NCBI GenBank assembly: GCA_002708995.1
Contig: PAPT01000032.1
Location: forward strand, 100,039-164,038
Source: Geminicoccus sp.
GTDB lineage: Bacteria; Pseudomonadota; Alphaproteobacteria; UBA7985
Direction: 5' to 3'
Length of the DNA stretch: 64,000 nucleotides
Part shown: one piece after another, positions 1 to 9,692 of the stretch
How positions within the stretch are numbered: the first letter of the stretch is position 1
Layout of the letters: every line of letters begins with the position of its first letter
Translations under genes and position numbers: made by a program
Notes under the pieces: generated by a model
The model's input: only the letters and a program-made list of their open reading frames with translations
What the model was told of the DNA's origin: nothing
Databases searched by the model: none

Positions 1-830
1 CCGGGACCAGCCACCGCCGTCCCTTCGTCATCCGTCAGCCGGATCTCACCGCGTACGTCCTGCCCACGGCTGACTGGATGCGCGGGCCCGTCAACGCGGA
101 CTGGATCCTCGCCCGCTGCCACCACAAAGAAGTTGGGCGCCGAGCGCCGGAACGCGCTGGTATTGCGCAGATCATAGTGGATCGTTGCCCCCGCTTCGCC
201 TGCGCTGGATCCGGTCGACGCCACACACAAGTCCCAGCCGCGCAGCGCGCTCCAGGGTTCCAGCCCAAGGCCCCGGTACAGGCCCTGCGTCAGGGGCATG
301 GCCTGCACCACAGCTTCACGCCCGAGCACCAGCATCGACAGCAGCGCCATGGCTACGACGACGCCCAATCCCCACTGCCACCGCCGCACCATATCTTCAA
401 AGAACTGCTGCCTTCGGTCGACCGGCCGGGGTGCCAGCGCCTCTTCGAGTGTATCGAAGGCCGTCTCCGCTGCCGCCGGGTCGAGCCGGGTGACGATGAT
501 GTCCTCGGCGACGGCGGCCGGGCTCGCCTCAGCGTCTGCCAGTTCTGTCTGGGGTGTTTCGGCGCGGGCGCTGGCGTCGCTGCTTGCATCAGGATCCACG
601 CCATCGTCCAAATCTGCCAGGCCGCCTTCGTCGATCCGCGCCATGTCCAGCGCCGGCTCAAGCATGTCCAGCAGCGGTGCGTCCTTTCGCCCTTCGTTGA
701 AGTGAGCCTTGGTCACAGACTGGTTCCAGCGATAGCCGCACTCGGTGCACCGGACCTTGCGGGCGCCGTCCGAGAAGTGGATCTCAGACACCTCGTACTG
801 GGTTCCGCAGTTCGGGCAATCGACGCGCAT
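1..830 (-). CDS. MJ0042-type zinc-ribbon/TM/DUF3426-like protein (ZitP-like), partial (runs off the left edge)
   Basis: Absent from the ORF track. Manual translation from ATG at 830 gives MRVDCPNCGTQYEVSEIHFSDGARKVRCTECGYRW (CxxC...CxxC), then an acidic linker, a TM segment (WQWGLGVVVAMALLSMLVLG) and a C-terminal domain. No stop before base 1. Divergent from ftsE, as is usual in alphaproteobacteria. Confidence 0.85.
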   Translation of the reverse strand, partial: MRVDCPNCGTQYEVSEIHFSDGARKVRCTECGYRWNQSVTKAHFNEGRKDAPLLDMLEPALDMARIDEGGLADLDDGVDPDASSDASARAETPQTELADAEASPAAVAEDIIVTRLDPAAAETAFDTLEEALAPRPVDRRQQFFEDMVRRWQWGLGVVVAMALLSMLVLGREAVVQAMPLTQGLYRGLGLEPWSALRGWDLCVASTGSSAGEAGATIHYDLRNTSAFRRSAPNFFVVAAGEDPVRVDGPAHPVSRGQDVRGEIRLTDDEGTAVAGP

Positions 831-1034
831 GCCTTAGGTCTGACCTTTCAACCCGATGGGGCGCTCTGACAGCGCGCCCAAAGCGCTCGCTTCTCTGGCG
901 CATTACCGAGGCCAGAGTTTAGCCCAGAACAGCGAAAAACTGGAGGGTATCAAATCGGCGCTGGCTTTGGACAAGGGGAATAGATTATTTATGCCAGCGA
1001 CCACAGCTAAAATTCGATCCAAAGGGCAAAATTC

Positions 1035-1712
1035 GTGATTCGCATGGATCAGATCAGTGTGGACTTCCCCGCCCGCCTGGGGGTGCTGCAGGATGTATCG
1101 CTGCGGGTGCCCAGTGGCGGCTTCCGCTTTGTCACCGGCGCCAGCGGCGCGGGCAAGACCACCCTGCTGCGGCTTATGTTTCTCGGCATCCAGCCCAGCC
1201 AGGGGCGCCTGGAGGTCTTCGGCCGGGACACCCGCAAGCTGAGCCGCGACCAGAAAGCGCTGGTCCGCTCGCGCCTCGGCGTGGTGTTCCAGGACTTCCG
1301 CCTGATCGACCATTTGAGCGTCTATGACAACGTCGCCCTGCCGCTGCGGGTTTCAGGCAAGGCGCGGAAGGGCGACCGGGACTACGTCCATGAATTGCTG
1401 CACTGGGTCGGCCTGGGTGAGCACGCCGATGTCAGACCCGAGCAGCTCAGCGGCGGGCAGAAGCAGCGGGTCGCCATCGCCCGCGCGGTGATCAATCGCC
1501 CCAATCTGCTGCTCGCCGATGAGCCGACCGGCAATGTCGACGACGGGATCGGCATCAAGCTCATGCGCCTTCTCGAAGAGCTCAACAAGCTGGGCACCAC
1601 AGTGGTGGTCGCGACCCACAGCGCTGCTTTGCTGGAGCGCTTCGATTATCCGGCCATCCACCTCGAAGGCGGTCGGGTTAAAGCGGCAGGCCAGTCGGGG
1701 GCGGCGCCATGA
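1035..1712 (+). CDS. ftsE: Cell division ATP-binding protein FtsE
   Basis: Walker [43 protein letters not shown]; followed by an FtsX-like gene. Confidence 0.93.
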   Translation: MIRMDQISVDFPARLGVLQDVSLRVPSGGFRFVTGASGAGKTTLLRLMFLGIQPSQGRLEVFGRDTRKLSRDQKALVRSRLGVVFQDFRLIDHLSVYDNVALPLRVSGKARKGDRDYVHELLHWVGLGEHADVRPEQLSGGQKQRVAIARAVINRPNLLLADEPTGNVDDGIGIKLMRLLEELNKLGTTVVVATHSAALLERFDYPAIHLEGGRVKAAGQSGAAP

Positions 1713-2668
1713 CACGGCAGCCAACTCAGCCACCGCCAAGCACGGCGGCAGCCACCGCGATGCCCGAGGCAAAGTCCGGGGTTCACCACGCTGCGCCTCA
1801 CGAACCGCTGCTGATCTTTCGCGGGCAGGCCGTGGCCCGACTGCTGCCGGTCCTGCTCGGGTTGATGAGCCTGCTGGCCGTGTTCTTCGTGCTGCAGTCG
1901 ATGCAGCGCCTGTTCGTCATTCAGTCGGCGCTGCGCGTCGCTGACGGCGAGCTGACCGTGATCGTCCCAACCGCGCCCGGCCTGCCCGATACCACGGAAG
2001 ATCCGGCGCTAAGACGGGCGCTTGACGTGCTCGAAGCCACGGTGGGCCTGACCCGCATCCGGACCCTCGACGAGGCTGCCACCCGTCGCCTGATCGGCGA
2101 TACGCTGAAGGCGGGCCTGGGCGCACAGGTGCCCCTGCCCGCGGTCATCACCCTCGGTCGAACCCCCCGGGTCGAGGTCTCTATGACCGAACTGCGCCGG
2201 GTGCTTGAACGCGCCGCACCGGGCAGCGTGCTGGATGACAACGCCGCCTTGCGCAGCCAGCTCAGCGCCCAGCGGCTGGCGGAAGCCGGCAGCACTGCGG
2301 CGCTGCTGGCCGTGCTGCTGCTGGTGGTTTCGGCGACCACGGTTCTCACCATCAGCCAGTCGATGGACCTGCAGGCACCGGTTATCGAAGTCCTGCTCAT
2401 GTCCGGGGCGCCGGACCGGCTGATCATCCGCCAGTTCACCGGTTTCGTGTGGCGGTTGGCGTTGCTGGGGGCCGGGCTGGGCGCCGGGACGGGCTGCGGG
2501 CTGCAGCTCCTTCTCTGGCTGCGATCCCCGGCGTCGGATCCAGCGTTGACGGCCACGCTACTGCCTGCGCTGGTGCTGGTCGCAGTCATCATTTTTGCCC
2601 TGATCGTACTGCTTGCCACTGTGACCACGCGGTGGCGTGTCACTGGAAAATTACGGCAGAGCTTCTGA
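1709..2668 (+). CDS. ftsX: Cell division permease FtsX
   Basis: Overlaps the ftsE stop (ATGA). One N-terminal TM, a periplasmic domain, three C-terminal TMs, and an IEVLLMSGAPDRLIIRQF motif. Confidence 0.8.
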   Translation: MTRQPTQPPPSTAAATAMPEAKSGVHHAAPHEPLLIFRGQAVARLLPVLLGLMSLLAVFFVLQSMQRLFVIQSALRVADGELTVIVPTAPGLPDTTEDPALRRALDVLEATVGLTRIRTLDEAATRRLIGDTLKAGLGAQVPLPAVITLGRTPRVEVSMTELRRVLERAAPGSVLDDNAALRSQLSAQRLAEAGSTAALLAVLLLVVSATTVLTISQSMDLQAPVIEVLLMSGAPDRLIIRQFTGFVWRLALLGAGLGAGTGCGLQLLLWLRSPASDPALTATLLPALVLVAVIIFALIVLLATVTTRWRVTGKLRQSF

Positions 2669-2873
2669 GCCTGTGAATGGAAGGCTTGAACCCATCTGCG
2701 AGCGCGCTACCCTCTCGCCCGGGGCCGGTTGCTGCCGTCTCGTGTCTGGCCTTGTTCCCTCGTCCGCTGCGGGTTCGCCCATTCCCTGCTTGCTTGCCCG
2801 CCCACACTCAAACACCCACCCGCCTGCCTGCCTGCTTGCTGGCACTGGCGCCGTTAAGGAAAAACCGTCCACG

Positions 2874-3596
2874 ATGATGTCACTGCGTTCGACCATGGCG
2901 AAACTCGCCGGCTATGCCTGGACAGGGATCATGGGAGCCATCGGCTGGCCGGTGGTGTTCTTCGGCAAGGGCGCGACGCTGGCTTTTGGCCTGTTCTGGG
3001 CGCGCGGAGTCCTCTTCATCTCCCGCTTTTTCGCCGGAGTGCGCTGGCAGGTGACAGGGCTGGAGAACCTGCCGGAAGGCCCGTTCATCCTCGCCTCCAA
3101 GCACCAGTCGTTCTTCGACACCGTGGTCTGGAGCCAGCTCATCCCCAACGCCGCCTACGTGATGAAGGAAGAGCTGCTGAGCCAGCCCATCTTCGGCTGG
3201 TTCATCCGCCATATCGACGTGGTCGCACTGGACCGGAAAGCCGGGCTGTCTTCGCTGAAAAAGCTGCTGGTGGACTCGCAGGCCAAGGCAGACCAAGGCC
3301 TGCCCGTGGTGATCTTCCCTGAAGGCACACGCACCCGGCCGGGCGAGCGCGGGCGCTACCACCCGGGCGTTGCCGCTATGTACGAGAAGCTGAACCTGCC
3401 CGTGGTGCCCGTGGGCACCGACAGCGGCGTGTTCTGGGATCAGGGTCTGAAAGGCCTGAAGCAGGGCGTCATCACCGTCGCCATCCAGCCCGCCATCCAG
3501 CCCGGCCTCGACAAACGCGCTTTCCTCACCGAGGTCTCGGAGTGCATCGAAACCTCGTCTTTGTCGCTGTTCGAGCAGGCACAGATCGCGGGCTGA
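2874..3596 (+). CDS. plsC: 1-acyl-sn-glycerol-3-phosphate acyltransferase (PlsC family)
   Basis: KHQSFFD (HxxxxD), MKEEL and IFPEGTR motifs; start placed at ATG 2874. Confidence 0.88.
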   Translation: MMSLRSTMAKLAGYAWTGIMGAIGWPVVFFGKGATLAFGLFWARGVLFISRFFAGVRWQVTGLENLPEGPFILASKHQSFFDTVVWSQLIPNAAYVMKEELLSQPIFGWFIRHIDVVALDRKAGLSSLKKLLVDSQAKADQGLPVVIFPEGTRTRPGERGRYHPGVAAMYEKLNLPVVPVGTDSGVFWDQGLKGLKQGVITVAIQPAIQPGLDKRAFLTEVSECIETSSLSLFEQAQIAG

Positions 3597-3658
3597 TACC
3601 CGCCATCGATCCCCATCAGCGCGGCGAAAGTCGAGGTCGGCCGAAAGCCAGTCACCCG

Positions 3659-3687
3659 TTACGATTGCACGCAATTTGTTTTATAAT
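3659..3687 (+). promoter_or_regulatory. Candidate sigma70 promoter for the 3795 gene
   Basis: TTACGA-N17-TATAAT in an AT-rich intergenic patch; the -35 match is weak. Confidence 0.3.
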
Positions 3688-3794
3688 CCATCTACATTTC
3701 AGGGCTAGGGTGTAGTAGGTCTGGAGCCGCAAGCCGGTCACCGGATGACCCGACCGCGGACCCCTATCATTCGGGCCGCTTTGGAGGATTTGAT

Positions 3795-5702
3795 TTGCTG
3801 CGCTTCAACCGTCTCCGCGCACCTGCCGCTGCGTGCCTCTCCGCCCTGTGTCTGGCAGCCACGCCGCTGGTTCCGGGTGCGGGCCTGTCGCTAGCCCCGT
3901 CGATGGCGCAGGCGCAGTCTGGGTCTGCCCCAAAGACGGCTCAGGCGCTGATCACCGGTGAGCTCGAACACACTTTCGGCCTGCTCGGCCCGCTGCCGCT
4001 GGACGCAGCCTCAGTCACCGAAGACGCCGGGGGCGGGGTGTTGGCCCAATTCACCATATTCGGCCGGCCTGTTGGCACGCTGGCCGTGGATGTTGCGCCC
4101 TCGGGCGACGGGCTGTGGACCGTGGCCAGCCGCGACTGGCGCGCGGGAGCAGACCTCGATGCCAGCGCCGGCGCTGCTTCAGACAGCTGGCAGCTGCAGG
4201 GGCTCTGGGACCAGCGCATCCGCGGCTATCGGCAGCTCGGCTACCGGGTGCAGGGTCTGACACTGCGGACAGCGCAGGGCGGCGAGTTCAACATCGATGA
4301 GCTGAGCATGGTCGCAAACCCGGCCGGCTACCGCGTGCAGGTGTGGGGGCTGCACGTTTCCGGCGGCACCGCACCCACGAACGAGGGCGACCCCGACACC
4401 TCGGCGAGCTTCACGATCGGTGAAGTGCGCTACCAGAGCCAGTGGCAGGGTGGGGCGCCCGGGTCGGCCTACGCGAGCCTCGGCCGCGCCTTTGACTATC
4501 GCTTTCTGAAGGCCATTGATAACGGTAGCGAAGCCCTGATTGCGGCGACGATGGCGCATCTGCAGGCGCTGTACCTGCCCGCTTTGGCATCGCGTACAGA
4601 CCTCGAGATCCGCGACCTCGGCCTGTCCGTTGGCGCGCTCGGCCTAACTGTGCAGATCGACCGGCTGACCCTGCCTGGCGGGTCTGAGGGCGACGCGCTC
4701 AAAGCCCAGGACCTGCAGCTGACCATGGACGGCTTGGAGATTCAGCGGCGGGAAGACTTCGCCAGTCTCAATCAGGCGCAACTGAGCCTGAACCTTGCCG
4801 AGGCTGATGTCGCCGCCTTCACCGGTGCGCTCGCCACCCTGTTCGCCGAAGCGGAACCGGGGAGCAGCTGGTCGGTGCTGGCTGATGTCTTCCTGTTCTT
4901 CAGCAGCCTGCGGGTCGAGGGCTCGGTCAGCGGCATGGTATTCACGCTGCCCGACCGGCTGTTCTCCCTGACCATGGCGGAGGCAGCGGGCAGCCTGCAG
5001 CTCAGCGACATGCGGCTGGATGGCGCCGGGGTGACCCTGCAAGTACGGGCCGACGGCATCAACCTCAGCGCCCTGCCGTCCGAAGCACGGATCGAGCCTG
5101 ATCTGATCGGCGTCCCGGCCGTGGTGCCGGTGCTGGGCGGGCGCCTCGTGCGCTTCGACCCGCTGTCGCAGAGCCTCGTGCCGTTACAGCTTAGCACCAC
5201 GGTGGACATTACCGCCCTGCCCATGGCCAACCTGCGCGAAACCCTCGGCAGCCTGCCGCGGGCCGGGTCGGTGCAGGACCCCCGCACGCTGCTCCGTTCG
5301 CTGGCAACCGGCGCGCTGGGCATGATCACACCCTTCCTAATCCAGCCGCCCATGGTTGCTGTCAGCGACACCGTGGCGACGGCTGAAGACTTCAGCGTGA
5401 GTCTGGAGGGCACCCATCAGGTCATGCCGATCCCGCCGCTGTTCGGGTTCGGCAGCTTTGTGGCCAATATCAGTGGGTTGGACGCCGTAAGCCGTCGCGC
5501 GGAGCAAACTGCCGCTGATGCCGAAGCTTCAGGGGGTGAAGACGCGCAGGGCATGCAGGAATACGGCAGGCAAATCGCCGGCTGGGCCAGCCGTCTGGGT
5601 GACTTTGGCGCTGCTTCGAGCAACGACCAGCGCCGCTACGCGCTTGAACTCACCCAGCTGGGGGAGATCATCCTCAACGGGGACATTATCGCCCCGCAAT
5701 AG
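3795..5702 (+). CDS. Secreted beta-strand-rich hypothetical protein (DUF2125/YdgA-like C-terminus), paralogue A
   Basis: GGAGG RBS before a TTG start; signal peptide ending AQAQ; amphipathic beta strands; C-terminal ELTQLGEIILNG. Confidence 0.7.
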   Translation: MLRFNRLRAPAAACLSALCLAATPLVPGAGLSLAPSMAQAQSGSAPKTAQALITGELEHTFGLLGPLPLDAASVTEDAGGGVLAQFTIFGRPVGTLAVDVAPSGDGLWTVASRDWRAGADLDASAGAASDSWQLQGLWDQRIRGYRQLGYRVQGLTLRTAQGGEFNIDELSMVANPAGYRVQVWGLHVSGGTAPTNEGDPDTSASFTIGEVRYQSQWQGGAPGSAYASLGRAFDYRFLKAIDNGSEALIAATMAHLQALYLPALASRTDLEIRDLGLSVGALGLTVQIDRLTLPGGSEGDALKAQDLQLTMDGLEIQRREDFASLNQAQLSLNLAEADVAAFTGALATLFAEAEPGSSWSVLADVFLFFSSLRVEGSVSGMVFTLPDRLFSLTMAEAAGSLQLSDMRLDGAGVTLQVRADGINLSALPSEARIEPDLIGVPAVVPVLGGRLVRFDPLSQSLVPLQLSTTVDITALPMANLRETLGSLPRAGSVQDPRTLLRSLATGALGMITPFLIQPPMVAVSDTVATAEDFSVSLEGTHQVMPIPPLFGFGSFVANISGLDAVSRRAEQTAADAEASGGEDAQGMQEYGRQIAGWASRLGDFGAASSNDQRRYALELTQLGEIILNGDIIAPQ

Positions 5703-5825
5703 CCTTTCTGTGAACCGAGACTGGAAACTCTCGAGGAATCGAGACATTCTGTCACGCCTAGATCTAACCAGTATTCAGCGACGCGGGGTTTAGCCTCTGG
5801 TCGCTGTCAGGGCAAAGAGGCGACC

Positions 5826-8210
5826 ATGCGCGAGTTCAAATCAGGGCTTACCTCTTCGGACAAACTGCTGAAATCACGGCTTTTCAACCGGATCAAACAC
5901 CGCTGTTTTGCGGGGCTGAAGACCCTATTTACCCTCGCTGGACTGATGCTTGCGCTGGCGCTGACGCCGGTGAACACGCAGGCCCAGTCGACCGACGAGG
6001 GCCTGAGCGAAGGCGCAGTCTCGTCCCTGCTCAGTCAGGTGCAGGAGCGACCGATCTCTCTGTTCCTCGGCCTGCCGGTTGTAACTGACGGCTTCGAGGT
6101 CTTCGACCCCGACGGCAAGGGCGAGACCTTCGAAATCACCGCGACCAATGCCCAGTTTGCCGGTCAGGCGCTGGGCGATCTCGTCTTTGCCGGCGTGGCC
6201 GACGACCACAGCCTGTCGCTTAGCCTCGACCTACTGCCCGTCGCACAGTCCTACTGGACCGACCGCCCGAGCGTGATCGACGCCGAAGCCCTGACGCTCG
6301 AAGTCTCGATCGACCAGCGCACGGCCAACTTCGAGCGCATTGCCCTCGCTGGCAGCAACCTGCGCTTTGCCGATGCCTCAGACCCGGAAGCCAGTTTTTT
6401 TGGCTTGGACAGCCTCAGCCTGTCCATTAACGATGCCGAGGGTCAGGAGCGGCTGCTGGCGGGTATCGACCTGCAGGTGGCAGTGTTCCAAATCGAAGGG
6501 GAGCGGCTGCTTGATATCGAAAGCCTCTCCGGTGCCTTTCAGTCACCGCGCGCGAGGGGCAAATTCCTGCACGAGGAGCTGAACTACGGGATGACCACTT
6601 CGATGCTGGTGCTGGCGGGTCTGATCGACCCCATGCTGATCGTGCCGGACCTGCTCGAGCGTTGGGCGCCGCTGTTAGAACAGACCCCGATCGACCTCGA
6701 CAGCAGCCTGACGCTCGGCCCGGTTCAGCTGCAACGCTACAACTTTGCGGGCAACGATATCTCTGTTGATCTCAGCGGTATGACGCTGGAATCCGTCTTC
6801 GACGCCGCGTCTAACGACAGTCTTGCACGCTTCGATATTGGCAGCGGCAGCGTCGGGCTGAAGGCCTTCGGCAGCGACGGTACGTTTGAGCTGGCTTCCT
6901 TCGAAGGCGGTCGTCTGGATGCATCCACGCTGCAGACGGCGGGCACCGACAGCCGCTTCATCGCGGAGATCATGCGGGCGCTGGCCGGTGATATCCGCAC
7001 CGCTGTCGCAGAGGGCGGTGAGGGCGATCCCCTGGCGGCTCTGACCCCCGCCCTGATCCGGCACAGCGCTGCCTTGCTCGACGGCGCGCTGGAACAGCTG
7101 GAGCGGACCGAGCAGTCGCTGTCTCTCGCTGGCCTCAGCGTCGCGGTCTCTCCCGAGCCGGGTGCGCCGCGCGTGTCGCTGGACGAGGCGCTGCTGTCCT
7201 CGGTTGTCGACTACAGCGGTGATCAGGATGTGCAGGAGACCATCTTTGCCCTGCGTGGCCTGTCCGGTGACGTGGCCGGGCTTGGCTGGGGCGGGCGCAT
7301 CGGCGGCTTCGAGCTGCGTTCGGTCAACAGCAACGTGCTGACGGTGTTCCGCGACATCCTCAGCGGGCTGGCGGTTGAGCAGGTCAGCATGGGTGATGGC
7401 ATCCGGCTGGCGCTGGCGACTTACCTGCCAAGCCTGTCGGTGGCGATCACGGATGTCGAGGTTGCGGGCGCGCTGCCCGGTGGTGATGCCGGGTTTGACG
7501 TGCAGCTGGGCAAGTTCGGGCTGGGCTTCGAAACCAGCAATCTCGCCTCTGACCGGGCCCGGCTGGGTCTGCTGCTTGAGCAATCGGGGCTGAACCTTGA
7601 CCTCCGCAGCGACTGGGACCTCGACCCCACCATGCTGGCGCTGTTCCTCGGCGAGGGCGATGCGCCGGGCCTGCTGCCGCAGGATATCCGGCTGGAAGCC
7701 GGGATCGAGCGTATTCCGATGGAGCAGGTGCTGACCATTGCCAACACCATGCTGCTGCCCGTCAGCGATTTGACGCAGGCTACTGATCTGGATATTCAGG
7801 CGCTCACCATGTCCGGCTTTGCGCTGGTTTCTCCGTTCTTCTCCTCACCGCCATCGCTGGTGGTGGCACCGTCCTACGTGCGCGGTGGTCTGGTTGGCGC
7901 CGAAGCCGCGGGTGACGTCGTGATCAGCCCGTTGGCCGAACCCAACTTCGGCGAAGGACAGATCGACCTGCGCGTGACTGGGCTGGGCGCGTTGAAGCAG
8001 ATGGTGGAAGGCCAGATGGAGGCACTCAGCGGGGGTGATTCGGACGAGGCCCGCTCCACGCTCGACCTACTGTCGCAGCTTGGGGGACTGAGCATGCTGA
8101 TGGACAGCCTCGGCATTCCCGCCGAGGACGAAGACGCGCTCAATTTCGTGATCGAAGTCCCCTTGGGTGCCCCCATCAACGTCAACGGCTATCCGGTCGG
8201 TGGAAACTGA
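5826..8210 (+). CDS. Secreted beta-strand-rich hypothetical protein (DUF2125/YdgA-like C-terminus), paralogue B
   Basis: 794-aa ORF with host-like codon use; signal-like segment ending TQAQ; C-terminus aligns with paralogue A. Exact start uncertain. Confidence 0.7.
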   Translation: MREFKSGLTSSDKLLKSRLFNRIKHRCFAGLKTLFTLAGLMLALALTPVNTQAQSTDEGLSEGAVSSLLSQVQERPISLFLGLPVVTDGFEVFDPDGKGETFEITATNAQFAGQALGDLVFAGVADDHSLSLSLDLLPVAQSYWTDRPSVIDAEALTLEVSIDQRTANFERIALAGSNLRFADASDPEASFFGLDSLSLSINDAEGQERLLAGIDLQVAVFQIEGERLLDIESLSGAFQSPRARGKFLHEELNYGMTTSMLVLAGLIDPMLIVPDLLERWAPLLEQTPIDLDSSLTLGPVQLQRYNFAGNDISVDLSGMTLESVFDAASNDSLARFDIGSGSVGLKAFGSDGTFELASFEGGRLDASTLQTAGTDSRFIAEIMRALAGDIRTAVAEGGEGDPLAALTPALIRHSAALLDGALEQLERTEQSLSLAGLSVAVSPEPGAPRVSLDEALLSSVVDYSGDQDVQETIFALRGLSGDVAGLGWGGRIGGFELRSVNSNVLTVFRDILSGLAVEQVSMGDGIRLALATYLPSLSVAITDVEVAGALPGGDAGFDVQLGKFGLGFETSNLASDRARLGLLLEQSGLNLDLRSDWDLDPTMLALFLGEGDAPGLLPQDIRLEAGIERIPMEQVLTIANTMLLPVSDLTQATDLDIQALTMSGFALVSPFFSSPPSLVVAPSYVRGGLVGAEAAGDVVISPLAEPNFGEGQIDLRVTGLGALKQMVEGQMEALSGGDSDEARSTLDLLSQLGGLSMLMDSLGIPAEDEDALNFVIEVPLGAPINVNGYPVGGN

Positions 8211-8317
8211 CCAAAGCTCGGTTGTGTCTCCGGGTTGGCTGCTGCACGGCCGACCGCTGAGCGCTTCGGCGGCGGTCCGGCTTTCCCCCGCCGTCGTTTC
8301 GGGCTAACGAAGGGTAT

Positions 8318-9652
8318 ATGACGTCCCAACCCCAATCCCCGCTCGATGCTTACGAAAGGGCGCTTGCGTCCGGTGAACTCCGGCCACAGGTCGCGCAGCG
8401 TCGTGCCGTTGAAGCGCTCGAAGACCTGTACCGTGAGCTTTCTATGTCGCGGGCGATCCAGAAGCGGCGCCGGGACGCAGCGGCGCGGGCACGGCGGCAG
8501 GGTGCGGCCGCCAAGGCGTTGCAACAGCCGATGCGGCGCGGTGGCTTGCTCGGCTGGCTCGTCGCCCTGTTCGGGGGTGGTCGCAGCAGCGACGGCGGGA
8601 GTGCAGAGGACGAGGCGCTGGCCCGGGAAGCAACCTTCGCCCGCAGTCTTTACCTCTTCGGCCCGGTCGGGCGCGGCAAAACCACGGCCATGGACCTTTT
8701 CTACGAGGCACTGGGGCCGAAGAAGGCACAGCGACGCCACTTCCACGAGTTCATGAGCGAGCTGCACGCGGATATCCATGCCCGCCGGGAAAAGGGCGAC
8801 GCCCGGGGTGACACGGCCGCGCGGTTCGCCCGGGCGCAGGCCAAGCGCGCCAAGGTGCTGTGCTTTGACGAATTCTTCGTCAACAACATCGCCGATGCGA
8901 CCCTGCTCGGCCGTGTCCTGACCGTGCTGATCGACGAAGGCGTGACGGTGGTCACAACCTCCAACCAGCCCCCCGCCGAGCTCTACCCGGGCGGACTGAA
9001 GCGGGAGCTGTTCCTGCCGACCATCGCGCTGATCGAAGAAGAGTTCAGCGTGGTTAACCTCGACCACGGGCAGGACTACCGCCTGACCGGGGTCGCCGAC
9101 ACCGAAGCCTGGCTGCAGCCGCTCGATGACCGCTCAGCGCGGCTGTTCCGCGGCCTGTTCGAGCGCGAAGCCGGGCGGCGCGAGGGCCAGCCGCTGCAGC
9201 TGTCTCTGCTTGGTCGCAGTCTCGAAGTGCCGGAAGCCGTGGGCCGGACCGCGCTGTTCCGCTTTGCCGATCTCTGCGAAGCGCCGCTGGGCCGGGATGA
9301 TTTCCAGCTGCTGGCGCAGTCCTTCGACCGCGTGTTCATCGATGAGATCCCAGTGATCCGCTACGCCAACCGCGAGAGCGGCGAGCGGTTCCGGGTGATG
9401 ATCGACGTGCTCTATGAGGCGGGAACCTGCGTCTACGGCCGCGCCGAAGCGCCGATCGGGGAGCTGATCCGTCTCGAAGAGCACGAAATGCCGCCCTTCC
9501 TGCGTACCGAATCCCGGCTTGTGGAGATGCAGAGCCTCGCCTACCGCCAGCCTGCAAAGGCACAGCCGGAGCCCCAGCCCACACCCAAGGGCAAGTTCAA
9601 GGCCAAGGCCAAGCCACGCAAATCAGCGAATGGCGGTTCGAAGCAGGCCTGA
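8318..9652 (+). CDS. zapE: AFG1/ZapE family ATPase
   Basis: LYLFGPVGRGKTTAMDLF, RRHFHEFM, LCFDEF, TTSN and DYR motifs. Confidence 0.92.
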   Translation: MTSQPQSPLDAYERALASGELRPQVAQRRAVEALEDLYRELSMSRAIQKRRRDAAARARRQGAAAKALQQPMRRGGLLGWLVALFGGGRSSDGGSAEDEALAREATFARSLYLFGPVGRGKTTAMDLFYEALGPKKAQRRHFHEFMSELHADIHARREKGDARGDTAARFARAQAKRAKVLCFDEFFVNNIADATLLGRVLTVLIDEGVTVVTTSNQPPAELYPGGLKRELFLPTIALIEEEFSVVNLDHGQDYRLTGVADTEAWLQPLDDRSARLFRGLFEREAGRREGQPLQLSLLGRSLEVPEAVGRTALFRFADLCEAPLGRDDFQLLAQSFDRVFIDEIPVIRYANRESGERFRVMIDVLYEAGTCVYGRAEAPIGELIRLEEHEMPPFLRTESRLVEMQSLAYRQPAKAQPEPQPTPKGKFKAKAKPRKSANGGSKQA

Positions 9653-9692
9653 GGCTCTGGCTTCAATCAGGCGGCGCAAGGCGCCGATGCTC

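Noticed and set aside
78..869. 263-aa plus-strand ORF
   Set aside because: Antisense shadow of the zinc-ribbon gene; no recognisable motifs.
3700..3790. Nested stems in the leader of the 3795 gene (possible riboswitch)
   Set aside because: No conserved riboswitch motif recognised; such pairing is expected in GC-rich DNA.
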